DNA of 64,000 nt from Epiperipatus broadwayi. Lineage: Eukaryota > Animalia > Onychophora. The translations under genes and the position numbers were made by a program. The notes below the pieces were generated by a model. It was not told the DNA's origin. It was given only the letters and a program-made list of their open reading frames with translations, and made no database searches. Below, one piece after another: positions 1-11,642 of this stretch (position 1 is its first letter; each line of letters opens with the position of its first letter). The stretch spans positions 23,064,001 to 23,128,000 of the forward strand of contig JAQFVV010000002.1 of the NCBI GenBank assembly GCA_028023455.1, read 5' to 3'.

Positions 1-3000
1 TGTCTTACTATCCATAAATTACAATCTGCCAAACATTTTCATTTTGCTTTTTGCATGTCTCCTATGAAAATATGACCACACCGTTTATCTTGAAATGCCT
101 CCTTTGCTGTCCACACATCTGCATCTAATAAGAAGATATCATCAGCAAATAAAAGATTTGATAATATACCCACTACCTTGCCATCTATTAATGATATCTC
201 TATCTCTCTTCCTAGTCCTTCTATTGCTCTCTCCATTTCTCTCAAAAATAACAAAAACAAAATAGGTGATATAGGACATCCTAGCCTTAACTTCACCCCA
301 TTTTAAACTCTTAACTGATTTTATATTTCCTAATTGATATGTATAGTAATTATTTTCATACAATCTCTTAATAAGATCCATTAAAGCTCCATTCATTCCC
401 AAATTTACTAAACTTACCCATAATCTATTTCTATTTATGCTATCATATGTCTTCTCTATATCTATAAAGACCACATACAACTATCTACCTGTATTCCTAC
501 TCATGTCTATAAGTTGTGTGTCTACAAATAAAGTGTCTCCTATATGCCTATCTGATCTAAAACCTCCTAGAATTTCTCCCACTATATTATTTTCTTCCAT
601 TCTTTTTGCCATGTTTCCAGCCACATATATGCCAAAACTTTATTTAACATTGATGTTACTATTGGTCTATAATTATTTATCTTTCTAGGTTCCTTAACCT
701 TTCATTTAGATAATAGTCTTATACTCTTGTATTATTCCACCTATCTGGAAATTCTCTCTTCTGTGCCATCTTATTAAAGCACAATAATATATTAATTAGT
801 CCTATTTCCCAAATTCATCACCATCTCTCCTGACCATCCATCTAAACCTCTTGCCTTTCCACTTTTCAATTTCTTTTCTGCCTCATTCAATTCATTTTCT
901 GTAAAACTATTATTTGTATTATTGTATGCTTTTATGTTTGCTATCACTCTATTCTTCACATCTAACATCGTTTCTATATCCATTACATAATTATTTAAGA
1001 TTGTCTCTAATTCTTTTCTAGAGCTATACACTTTTCCTCAACATTTAGTAATATTATTATTTTCTTTCCCCTATATTCCTTCTTTTAATATATTTCCAAA
1101 ATTTTTTACTCCCATCTCTTTACACTTTTATTAATATCCTCCAATAATTTACTATATCTACTTTAGCCAACTTCTTTTTTTTTTAACTAGCTTTCTCATT
1201 TACTACTAACATCTTTTTCACTTTCTTTGTTTTTAATGGCACATTTATATTCTCTACATGCTTTCCCCCTCTCTTTTATACTTTTACTAATTCTCACTTT
1301 TCTATTACTTTTATTCTTCTGAATATTCTCACCTAAAACCCTATTTACCATTTTTTCTACTTCATCACACCAATCCTTATATTCATCCCCAACAAACTCT
1401 TCCATGACTTCTTCTACTTTTATTTTATATTCTTCTAACTTATCATTCATTCTCCATGTACATCTTTTACTATCCTTTCTACTTTTATTACTATTTCCCA
1501 CCACATTGCTAACCATTTCTATTATAAAGAATATAAAGAAATTATGATCACTATTACATACTCTCTCTTCATTATCAAACACTTTAATTTTCTGTACTTT
1601 ATTCATTCCCTCTTTCTCTAGTAATATATAATCCATTGTGTGGAAAATATTACTTCTAGACCATGTGTATTGCCCCTTGTAAATATTTGATAAATTTCCA
1701 ATCCTCAAATTCATCCTCTGACAAAAATTTTTCAAAAGCTGTCCATTTTTGTTATCTGTGCCATCAATTTCTTCAATATGCCTATTCATATCCCCTATCA
1801 CTATTATTTTCTTCCCCCCTTTTTTTTGAAACTTTGTATAACCTTAACTAGGCATTCATATATGCTACTGTTCCAGTCCATTATAATTTGACTATCTCCA
1901 GTGGCCATATACACTACAGCCACCAACTATTCTTGTCTTCCTAAGCTTATTTCAAACCACAAATGTTCTTGACCCTTTACAGTATTTACATATTTTTTTG
2001 ACATAACTCCTATACCACTACCCCTTTCTTCTTTTTCTTTTCTATTTATACCCTGCCCTAACAAATCTTCCAATATAAGTTCTTCTCTTAGACATGTTTC
2101 AACTACTGCTAATATCTCAAGTCCTTCGTTTTTAACTGCTTTGATTAATTCCAGCCACTTTCTTGGTCTCCTACCCACCTTGCATATTCAAATATCAAAT
2201 TTCAACAATTTCTTCTTTTCTTACTATCCTTGTTTTTGACTCTTTCTTCTCTTTTACATTTGTAATTAGCTTGTTTATCATTAGTTTTACAGATCCATTC
2301 CCCCTCCACATTTGTATCTAAATCAGCTACCCATTGTTTACTTCAAATACCATGTCCATTCTTAACCTTCTTATTGATAATACTGTAATTTAAAAACCCT
2401 ATCCCCCTTTATAACTTTCCCAAACTATATTTTTCATAAATCAAACCCCACTTCCTTATTTTGCTAAGTGCAATCCATCTTTACAATATAACTCCCTCTT
2501 ACTAATAAAAAAAAATCCCACATCCAAAAACATAAGATTTTTCTCTCACATAATTTTTACAATCTCTCATTTATAGAACATGCCCTATCTAATATATACC
2601 TAATCTTGGTAGTAATCCAACTACTACTACTCTTCCTTTAAGCTTATTCAAATTATTAATCAATTCTTTATACTCATTCATTACTCTCTCCGATGGATCT
2701 GACAAATTATTTGTCTCTACCATAACATAAGCATCTCTACTCCCTTGTTTCTTTACCTTATCTGTAATATCCCTAATTCTAGCTCTAGGCTAACATATTC
2801 TTTTATATACCTATTTCTATTTTCCCTTGCAATTACATCTCCACATTCCTCTATTTAGCAATCTATCAAGACTGTTTCATAGTTTACTTTCCCTACTTCA
2901 TCTATAACATTCACTTCCAACTTCTGGCCTTTCTTATCAATTTCTTCCTTATCATTTCTACTCATTAATTCCTTGATCTGCTTACACTTCATGTCTAATG

Positions 3001-3110
3001 CTTTTAATTTTACTTCTACATCCTTTACCTCTTCCTATATCTTACTTATTCTTTGTGTAATTATCTCTATTGCACTAATTATTTTGTCATCCATATCTCT
3101 TGTCATTCTA
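1..3110 (-). mobile_element. Degenerate non-LTR retrotransposon (RTE-X/CR1-L2-like) with SGNH-esterase ORF1, APE endonuclease and partial RT
   Basis: Minus-strand translations: RT motifs FIDIEKTYDSINR and LGCPISPILF...LLFADD (39-480); APE motifs GDMN, YTWS, MDYILL, SDHN (1196-1801) and LAVVET (1927-2178); ORF1 relic with VVVGLLPR and KDGLHL (~2460-2640). Many stops and frameshifts. Clade assignment is inference. Confidence 0.85.
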
Positions 3111-3129
3111 TTCTATCTTTCTTAAGTAC

Positions 3130-3430
3130 CTTTCCCTCCAATACACATGCCTTTTTCTTTAAATTATCTACACTTAGAAACCATTTTTCACCTCTTTTAT
3201 CAAATTTATACACAATCTAGCCAACAATATGTATTTTTTACATCTTTTCTAGTCTTATTTAAGCATTTCAAATGGAAAAGCTTTGGTACACTCTACAAAA
3301 GCATGCCTAATTTCCTTCTGACCATCATATATACATTGTGAGATACAAATGCAATCCATATTTCTTTATTTTTCAATTCTTCTATATTTAAATTTATGAT
3401 TTTTTTGCTACTCTTCAAATCTCTTTATAC
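3130..3430 (-). mobile_element. 3' fragment of a LINE ORF2 (C-terminal CCHC zinc-finger region)
   Basis: Minus strand ~3350-3270 reads CISQCIYDGQKEIRHAFVECTK, a C..C...E..H.F.EC pattern typical of LINE ORF2 C-termini. Confidence 0.5.
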
Positions 3431-4155
3431 AAAAGAACAAAAATTTTTTTTTTTTTTTTTAGATGTTGATCGATGATAAACACATGATCTCTAACCTTAC
3501 AACTCAAACATTATCCTTTTTCTCAAATAAATCACTTTCTTAAATTGAAAATCCAGTCATCTTTACAGTATTGTCATCTAGCAATATTAAATTATATCTA
3601 AACTTAATTTCTGGGACTACTGTATATAAAAGTATAAAGTAGACAAAATTTATATATAAATTATTTTTTTTTAAACAAATGTTTTTATTCACATAAATGC
3701 ATTAAAAACTAAAAAAAAAATCACTAAAAAAAATTTTTTTTTTCAGCTTTCATACTATTCTTGATATTATAAGACCAAAATAAAAATGTGCAGCCCTCAT
3801 GTTTAGAAATATTCTTTAACTATTTCTGAATTTTAAAGCATTATAATTTTATTTTGATGCAGAATATGAAAAATATTGTAAAAGGTGAAGAAATTTTATT
3901 TTTTACTTTATAATCCTTTTTTTTTAAAACCAAAACATTTCCATATATATATATTTTCATTTTAAAGATATAGTACATAATTCAAACTGTTGGCACATAC
4001 CCCTCCCCTGCTCCCATTTTATTATGAATTTATGAATATTTAATAAATTTAATTTCATGTAGATTTTCTTCATGTCGGAATAAGCAGGAAAAAAACAAGA
4101 AACAAATGATAAGATTTTAAAATCAAGCACAAATTAAGTTAAAATATTTACTTAC

Positions 4156-4280
4156 CTCTATGCTAAAATATCCTCTGTCTACGTAATCACCCAAAAATAG
4201 ATATTTAGTTCCTGAAGGTGGACCACCCACCTCAAATAACTTCATAAGATCATAAAACTGGCCATGAATATCACCACACA
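4156..4280 (-). CDS. CanA (PPP3C): Internal exon of serine/threonine phosphatase 2B catalytic subunit (calcineurin A)
   Basis: Translates without stops as (V)[41 protein letters not shown], with PPP motifs GDIHG and GDYVDRG in calcineurin-specific context. Acceptor ttttatttatag precedes 4280 and donor GTAAGT follows 4156. 125 bp, phase 1 to phase 0. Confidence 0.97.
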
Positions 4281-4849
4281 CTATAAATAAAATAAAAAAT
4301 TATATAAATATATATAATTATTGGACACCTTTTAATTAATAATACAGATTTTATATATACACATGAAAATGTAAGCATATATATATATAGTGAGTGAATA
4401 TTTTACAATAGTCTGGAATTTTGAAGCTATTCTACAATTGTTCTTTTTACATAAAAATTTCATTAATTAAAAACTTGCTTTTAATTAGTTGTATATGAAT
4501 ACAAGCAATAATTTTCAGTTTAATACTAGCTAGAATTCATTATTAAATAAAATAATGTAGCAAAATAGCTTTTAAACAGCCAGCAGTCAGCCAAACTCTC
4601 CAACCATCTCCATGAAAGAAAAGGGAGACAGAAAGAATTTTTCACCAAACTTTATAATTGCTAGATGAAAAGTGTTAAGTGATTTTTCATTCTTATTTTA
4701 TCTCCTAGCTAAAAATAGCTAGATATTTATTTACTTGTCTGCAATTGGATGACAAAATGGGTTGTCTATACTCTATATGGTAGCTATCTGAAAAAAAATC
4801 ATAACATTAATTAGAACCGGAAAAAAATAAATTTTATTTGAACCAGATT

Positions 4850-5800
4850 CAAATCCCAAATCATAAGAATGACACTGAATGTGCATGCTACTAAAATATT
4901 ATGAGTTCCATCATCCATTATCATATAAATCAGGATAGAGAAACTTTTGTCTGCCATAGGCCACTTGGATATTTATAATATCATTCACAGGTGATACGTA
5001 ATTATGGTCTTAAAAAATTGAATTGCTATATTTCATCAAAAGTTGAATTAATTTATCCCTAATCATTGACTTTCTCTTTTTAAATGAGGGCCACAATTTT
5101 TTTATAAATTAAAAATAAAGTAACATTTATTATTATTAATGACTGTTCAACATTTTTTTGATTTGCCTTGTAAGTATGCTTTGTAAAATATTTATATTCT
5201 CCAATTTTTTTGTTTTGGACAGATTAATTCTACAGCTAGGATGGAGTCTTTTATAAATTCTCCTTCAGAAAATGGTTTTTGAGTTTTCTATTGTTTTTTG
5301 TATTTTTTTATGAAACATGTAGGTTAGGCCATTTGATGAAGCTTCTTTTCAAGTTTTCTATTTTAATATTTCATTCTTCCCCAAGAATTTTGTTGTAATC
5401 AGACTGTTTATTAAGACGTTCACAAAAATAAACTGTGATAGCATTATCATATTTGACATTTTAGATGGCATGATGGTGCTGCAATCACCTTTTCTACATT
5501 GTTTTAAAGCAACAGGCTGCTCCAATTCTTTCTATAAAGCTTCCATTTTTAATGTATTAATTTTAAAAAAATTCCAAGAGATGTCAGCAGTTACAGACCT
5601 TTACGGCCCTTTGATTGTGATTGACAGCACATTCTATTGTTCTGACAAAGCCATGAAAGAGTTGGAAATTTGTGATTGGCTGATGCTTTAGATTCTTTTC
5701 CCCTGTGACTAAATTCCACAAAATATGTATTTTTCAATAATTGTTAATGATGATGCAATATTTTTAGACTTATTAAACTCAAAACTATGCCACTAGGGGG
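4850..5800 (-). mobile_element. Heavily degraded hAT (SPIN/GTF2IRD2-like) transposase relic
   Basis: Minus strand ~5290-5210 reads KPFSEGEFIKDSILAVELICP, matching the KPFxxGEFxKxC motif of this family. Other motifs are faint and boundaries are approximate. Confidence 0.55.
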
Positions 5801-6443
5801 AGGGGGTTGTCTTTGAAAACATTTATTTTTAAAAAGATAGCTCTTATAAAATAAAAAAGTATGTTACAAGAATGGGAAATTGATATGGAAACAGTTATTA
5901 CAGACTAAAAAGAAAATCAATTTTGTAAAAACTAGTGAAATATTTTAATAACAATTAATAATTTATTAACTTTTATAATTTTTTTTAATTCTTTGATGAT
6001 AACTAATTCTAAATATATCATTTTCTAATAACATAAAATTCTAATATATATTTCATTCTTTTAATTTTTTGAATAGTATCATGAAGCCACTAACGATGTA
6101 TTCCTTTGTTATCAGTAAGATTTTCAGTTAAATGCTTATTTTCATAAGTTTAAAATATTAATTTAAAATATATTTTTATTTTAATTATTAGAAGGCTTAA
6201 ATATACGTAACATAGTATATAAATTAATTTTGTAATATACATAAAAAAGATTTAATTGCACAAAAAAAAATCAAACATAACATCAAAGTAAAAATATTAA
6301 TTGCTAGAGAGTATTCAAAAAATTGCTGAGCGGGGTTGACACTGATGTAGCTAATTGAAATACTTTCCAGACATATCAGGCACATCAATTTACTATTTCT
6401 ATAAAATATGTAAAAAAAAAAGATTTTTTTTTTAAAAAAAAAT

Positions 6444-6625
6444 AATGCTTTTATATAAACAGCTGACTAAAAAGTAGAAAAATAAAGTAATGTGATTAAA
6501 AAACAGTTTCATAAAAGCATGTGAGACCTTTTGGATTTTTATGGATGAAATGACACAACATACTTTTTAGTCCAATTACTTTGTTCTTTTTCTATTTTTT
6601 AGTTGGCTGTTTACATAAAAGCTTT
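6444..6625. repeat. Old imperfect inverted repeat (fold-back/MITE-like)
   Basis: Left arm gcttttatataaacagctgactaaaaagtagaaaaa versus reverse complement of right arm gcttttatgtaaacagccaactaaaaaatagaaaaa. Confidence 0.7.
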
Positions 6626-6955
6626 ATTTAAAAAAATATTGGTATTGAAAAGAAAATTACTTCAGTAATAAGAAAGTGAAACTATTACTTAAAAAGAGGA
6701 ATAAATTCTATAACAAATTATATATTAATAAAGAATAATAATAAAAAAATAAGCATTGCAATTACATCTGAATTTGCAAGTATTTTAAATGAAGGGGATG
6801 AGACATATAATTATATTTATGAAGAATGAAAAATCTCCAGAAAATGATAGAATTATTATTGATATTTTAAAAAAGCAGATAAAAAACAAAACAATTATTG
6901 GCAAAATTATATACCAAATGTCTAAATGAGAAATATGTGTGCAATTTATTCACTA

Positions 6956-7142
6956 TGAACATTTTTTAGCGAAAATATATATATATGTACACACAATTTT
7001 ACATTTTGACTACCCTGCAGTCTTCTTCAGAGCATTTTTTTTTTTAATTTTTAGAAAAACATTCTGAAAAAGACTGCAGGGCAATCAAAATGTAAGATTG
7101 TGTATATATACACAATAAAAAATTTCTGTTAAAAAGTGTTCA
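6956..7142. repeat. Fold-back relic with a decayed hammerhead-like motif on each arm
   Basis: cacaattttacattttgactaccctgcagtcttcttcaga mirrors tctgaaaaagactgcagggcaatcaaaatgtaagattgtg. Arms read CTGAAGA-agact..agtc-aAAA (minus) and CTGAAaA-agactgc agg gcaatc-aAAA (plus). Confidence 0.7.
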
Positions 7143-7239
7143 AAGGAAAATGGGTAAATTAGCATATATATATAAGATATTACAGCAAAATAAAGCAAGT
7201 GGTGGATTCAATAATATTCGATAAATATATACCAGATGA

Positions 7240-8232
7240 TTGTAAAAATGCAGTAGTCGTATTGATATTTAAAAAAATTAAAAAAAGATATTAAAAATTA
7301 CAAATTTAGCATTTTATCAATCTAATTACAACTCGTCTACAGTGAACTTTGGATTCTAACCAATCAAAGAATAAACAGGATGTAAAAATGATTTTAGTAC
7401 AATGGATTACATCCAAGTACTGAAAAAGATTATAGAAAATACTAATGAATATAAGTTGTCATTATTTTGGAATTTGTAGATTATGAAAAGGCATTTGATT
7501 CTGTAAGCATTTCTATGATTATTGAAACTTTTTATCATACACATCTAAGTCGATGTCATATTCTGAAGAATATTTATCAAAATGCAACCATGATTAGATT
7601 ATACTGTATGATGATACATGTAGAAGGGTGTACAACAGGGTCATTCCATAACTTCTCAACTTTTAACGCAGTTTTACAAAAAATATTTTATGAATTAAAA
7701 TGGAAAGCTAAGGGAATAAAATTAAAGAGAAATCATTTAAGTTATCTATATTTTGAAAATGGTGTGATTGTTTTGCAAATACTACTTCAGAATTTCAGGA
7801 AATGTTGCAAGAGTTATCCTATAAAACTAAAATAAGATTAAAAATAAATGCTAAGAAGAAAACTAAAATAATGATCAATGTATTTTCTTTGAAGAAAATA
7901 AAGCTTGATAATCATAAAGTAGAAGACATTTGACAACTATAAATATTTTGTCTGATTATTTATGAAAAATCATGAAATTAAATTTGGATGCTTTTGGTAA
8001 AAATAATTTGGTATTATAAAGAAATATACCTATAATGTTTAAAAAAAAATTCCTAATAGATGTGTTTTAGTAATTCTACTTTTGGATTTGAGACATAGAC
8101 ACTTATTATATAGTAATGCAAAGACTTCAAACCGTTGAATGAATTATAGAGATGTATGTTAAAAGTAAAAGGAAGAACTTGAAAACAAAACAAGAGTGAG
8201 AGAACAAATAGATATTACTGACATCACTAAAA
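7240..8232 (+). mobile_element. RTE-clade LINE relic, 5' part (RT); continues at 16305-16410
   Basis: ORF 7467-7835 with FVDYEKAFDSV. Sequence is clearly homologous to the RTE copy at 20945-22545. Confidence 0.85.
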
Positions 8233-8310
8233 TATATATGTATATTGCTTATAACAGTTCTTTCATATACACTTCAATGCAAACAAATTCTTAAAAATTT
8301 CTTTATTTTC

Positions 8311-8348
8311 CTTACAGTTTCGACTGTCCAGCAGTCTTCATCAGAGCT
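8311..8348 (-). ncRNA. Hammerhead ribozyme motif (minimal type I, probably decayed)
   Basis: Minus strand: gct-CTGATGA-a-GACTG ctgga CAGTC-GAAA-ctg-TA-agg. Stem II is perfect, while stem III and stem I are defective. Confidence 0.6.
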
Positions 8349-8633
8349 ACAATATTTGAATAATATAAATACATAACCATCATTTCACATATATATATAT
8401 AAAAAACATATATATATATCAAAATAGACACATATATTCCCTTCATACATATACATATATAGATCTACATCACCCCATCTATATATACTGTGATGACCAT
8501 GTAAAGTCGTCGCCACAAGTATATATTTATTAATAAAGGTAGATAAGTTAGCTACTAGAAATTATAAAAAGAAATTATTTCACACTCAGCTGCCTACTAT
8601 ATATGCAGATTTGAAGCAGACAAAAGGGCAAAT

Positions 8634-9221
8634 TTGATTTTATATAGAAACGATTTATTAAATATCGGTTTCAAACAAAATACCATTGATAGGAAAATTA
8701 GACAATTTTACAGTAAATTAAATAACAATGCAATTAAGCAGCAGAAAAATAGAATATTGTTGCCATACTTTGCAAATGCCCATAGAAAACTTTACTCAGT
8801 GTTTAATAGAGAATTTCAACTATGTTTTCACACACCCCCTAATACCAATAGAATTATCAACAATGCAAAAGATATTGTAACACCCAACAACATTTCTCAG
8901 GCTGTTTATAATATCTCATGCCCAGAAAATAACTGCATGGCATCATACTATGGAGAAACGAAAGCAACTCTCACAACAAGATTGTTCCAGCACAGATATT
9001 CTTACAACAAGGCCCAAGCAGACCCAGCTTACAACTCAATATTCGCAATGCATCAGAAATTAACTGGTCATTCATGTGAACCTGAAAATCCAAGAATAGT
9101 TTGTAGGGAAAGAAATGATGTTAAGAGAAAGGTGAAGGAGGCATGTTTTATTGCCATGGATGATAAGGCTATGAATAGGAAAGATACGTGTTATAAAATT
9201 TCTAAGAAATGGGTTAATTAG
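8634..9221 (+). CDS. Penelope-type GIY-YIG endonuclease ORF remnant (5'-truncated; the TTG start is not a real start)
   Basis: AVYNISC...SYYGET...RLFQH...H...GH...RKVKEACFI...MNR follows the PLE GIY-YIG pattern. Uninterrupted over 195 codons. Confidence 0.88.
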   Translation: MILYRNDLLNIGFKQNTIDRKIRQFYSKLNNNAIKQQKNRILLPYFANAHRKLYSVFNREFQLCFHTPPNTNRIINNAKDIVTPNNISQAVYNISCPENNCMASYYGETKATLTTRLFQHRYSYNKAQADPAYNSIFAMHQKLTGHSCEPENPRIVCRERNDVKRKVKEACFIAMDDKAMNRKDTCYKISKKWVN

Positions 9222-9302
9222 ATTTACGCATATAGTTCAATTAATTTACATATATCTGCATATATTTACACATAGCAACCTTGTTACGCTTACTCTTTGT
9301 TA

Positions 9303-9343
9303 CCCATGATTATGAGAACTAAGTTTTCTTGAAAGCGCTCGGG
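9303..9343 (+). ncRNA. Hammerhead ribozyme with variant core (A3/U8)
   Basis: ccc-ATGATTA-t GAGAAC taa GTTTTC tt-GAAA-gcgc-TC-ggg: stem I ccc/ggg, 6-bp stem II, palindromic stem III AGCGCT. Located ~80 nt after the PLE stop codon. Confidence 0.7.
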
Positions 9344-11251
9344 CATTATTTATTATGTATTATAATTTATATTAAGTTTATAATAAATTGTGATTTAATT
9401 TGAAGAAGCTCTGCTGTTATGCGCTGATTTGTGCATTAAAATTGCTACTAGAAATTAATAAAGGTAAATGGGTTAGCTACTAGAAATTAAAAAAAAAAAA
9501 GGAAAAAGAAAAGGTTGAGATTTAGAAATGTCAAAATCACTTTTGATTTTTTTTATAGTAAGAGAAGGGGAGGGGGGTGCATAAAGAAATGTGTCTCTTT
9601 CTCTCTTTTAAAACTTAGAGTTAGTCAAATACTTGAAAGTTATTTCTGTTTATTGTGGGAGAGGGGAAGGGGGTGCATAAAGAAATGCGTCTTTTTCTCT
9701 CGCATAAACTATATTGTGACAAGTTAGAATAAATTGCAAACATAAACTTGAAAAAAATGAATTATAAACTTTAAATAAAAATTAAATGAAATATGTAATA
9801 TAAAAACAATATGGCTGTATAAATTAGAGGTGTGAAAGTCTGTTGGACTAATTGAATTCCACGGACAAAGAAGAATGTATCTGAAGGAAAAGTTTTATAA
9901 TTATAGTTTGATTAATTAAAACCTACATTCCAGCCACTAATTAAAGATATATGTTGATAAGAATTCATTGGAAATTAGTAAGAATTAATTAAAAAGAGGA
10001 CAGAAAACAATAGACAAAAGAAAGGACAGTAAGACAAGAATTACACTTATCTAAAGATTACGAGTAGAGATTTTGAAGAAACAACAGCAAAAAAAAAAAA
10101 GGAATGAAAGAAGTGTGTGGCTAGCAGTGTTAAGGGACATGGGTTCGTACTCGACCCGTCTGACCACTGATTCACGATATATAAGACCGCCACTTCTGTA
10201 ACTGAACAACTTAAAATCTACTCAAAGAATCAAGAAGAATTAAGAACTGGAACGAGAAAGGAACAAAATCAAATTCAAAGAGAAATCAATTCAGCCGACA
10301 GTGTGAAGGACATACCGTCTCTACAAAAAAAGGGATGATCTCCCACTGGACGGTAACGAGTGCTCGAAAAGACTGCCCATGGGAACAACTACAAACAAAA
10401 CGTAGGTAATCAAAGCATGCATGCATTTTATTTTTTTATATTCGAAATAAATAAAAGCTAATTAGGAAGGAATAATCTTGATAGATTAAAACACTGCCCA
10501 ATGTAACTTCAGGAGAACTTAATACGTATCTCTAATATTCAATACGTTTTACTCTATTTTATCATCGCTATGTATTTATATAAGGGTGTATTTTATTGTT
10601 ATTATGTAATCTTTTATACATGTGTGTGTGTATTATTCTTATGTATTTATATCAGTGTGATTGCCATTAAACATTATTCATTATTTTAAAATGTTTAAAC
10701 TTACGTTATTCTACTATGACCAAGCTACGACAGGGAGGAAAACTGTAATTTATTGACTAAAGGATAAGGCTGACTTTGAAAGCATTCGTGTGCTGCTTGT
10801 TTGTGAAAATCTCCCAATTATAAAAAAAATAAATAGCAAGCGCTGGACATTTGTTAAATTTCTTGGATATAGTTTGCTTTGTTCAGCATCTGAGAGTTCT
10901 TGACCGGGAAAAATAACGCCAAGATAATATGTACGTATTGCCTCGGGGTTCGGTCAAGGGTACAGATATGAAGTAAATTTGTATCTGTATTTGCTCTCTG
11001 CTTGTATTGTAACGGCATTGGCTAATTAATTAAAGTGATTGATAAATTCATATTAAAACTAAACTATAAAACAATATCCATTACAGTTGGAGGCCAAGCC
11101 GGGATATTTCTGCGATAGATAATTGATTAATGAATAAATAAAGGAAGAATAAAATGCTGTAAAATAAGTGTAAGTGAAAAATAAAAATAAATAAAAAATA
11201 ATCCAAACATCAAAATCGAACCACTATCCAAATAACTGTTTCCGTTACAAT

Positions 11252-11269
11252 TGGGGGCCAGTCCGGGAT
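11252..11269 (+). promoter_or_regulatory. Primer-binding site complementary to the tRNA-Pro 3' end
   Basis: TGGGGGCCAGTCCGGGAT versus canonical TGGGGGCTCGTCCGGGAT (16/18), 2 nt after the LTR end. Confidence 0.85.
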
Positions 11270-11642
11270 GATTATCAAGTTTACAAGTTCAGCCCACTTG
11301 ACTTTTGAGTACGGAACGGGGAAATAGATTACGCAGTAAATAAAGTTAAAACAAACAAAAAAGAAAGCTTGGTGGTAGACAAAAGCAAGAAATAAATAAA
11401 ATAATAAAGGGGGGGGGGAGAGAAAGAGAACATAATATAATTTGGGAAGTTAGATCATAAATTGGAGACAGTTGCGGAGGGGTCTTGAAGGCAGCCATGG
11501 GTGAGTGAGAATTAGTGAGTGAGACAGGGATGAGTCGAATAAACGTACCTAGTGTCAGTAAAATATAAAGTATATAGAGTAAGATAATCCTGTAAGGAGA
11601 GGGTTAGAATAGTAAAGCCGTAGAATAAAATATAAGTGATTA

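Larger units (their letters stand above)
8565..9443 (+). mobile_element. 5'-truncated Penelope-like element (RT C-terminus, GIY-YIG endonuclease and HHR-bearing 3' end)
   Basis: Absent from the 3' LTR; flanked by 14-bp TSD gctactagaaatta (8551-8564 and 9444-9457). Confidence 0.9.
8489..11249 (+). repeat. 5' LTR (contains an 879-bp Penelope-like insertion)
   Basis: Starts tgtgatgaccatgtaaagtc and ends ttccgttaca. Colinear with 13855-15747 apart from the insertion and small indels. Confidence 0.92.

Noticed and set aside
4735-4787. Possible 53-bp minus-strand exon upstream of the calcineurin exon
   Set aside because: The translation does not resemble calcineurin and the length would shift the frame.
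9515-9727. ORFs 9515-9727 and 14001-14198
   Set aside because: They are the same LTR segment read twice, contain an internal repeat and have no protein features.
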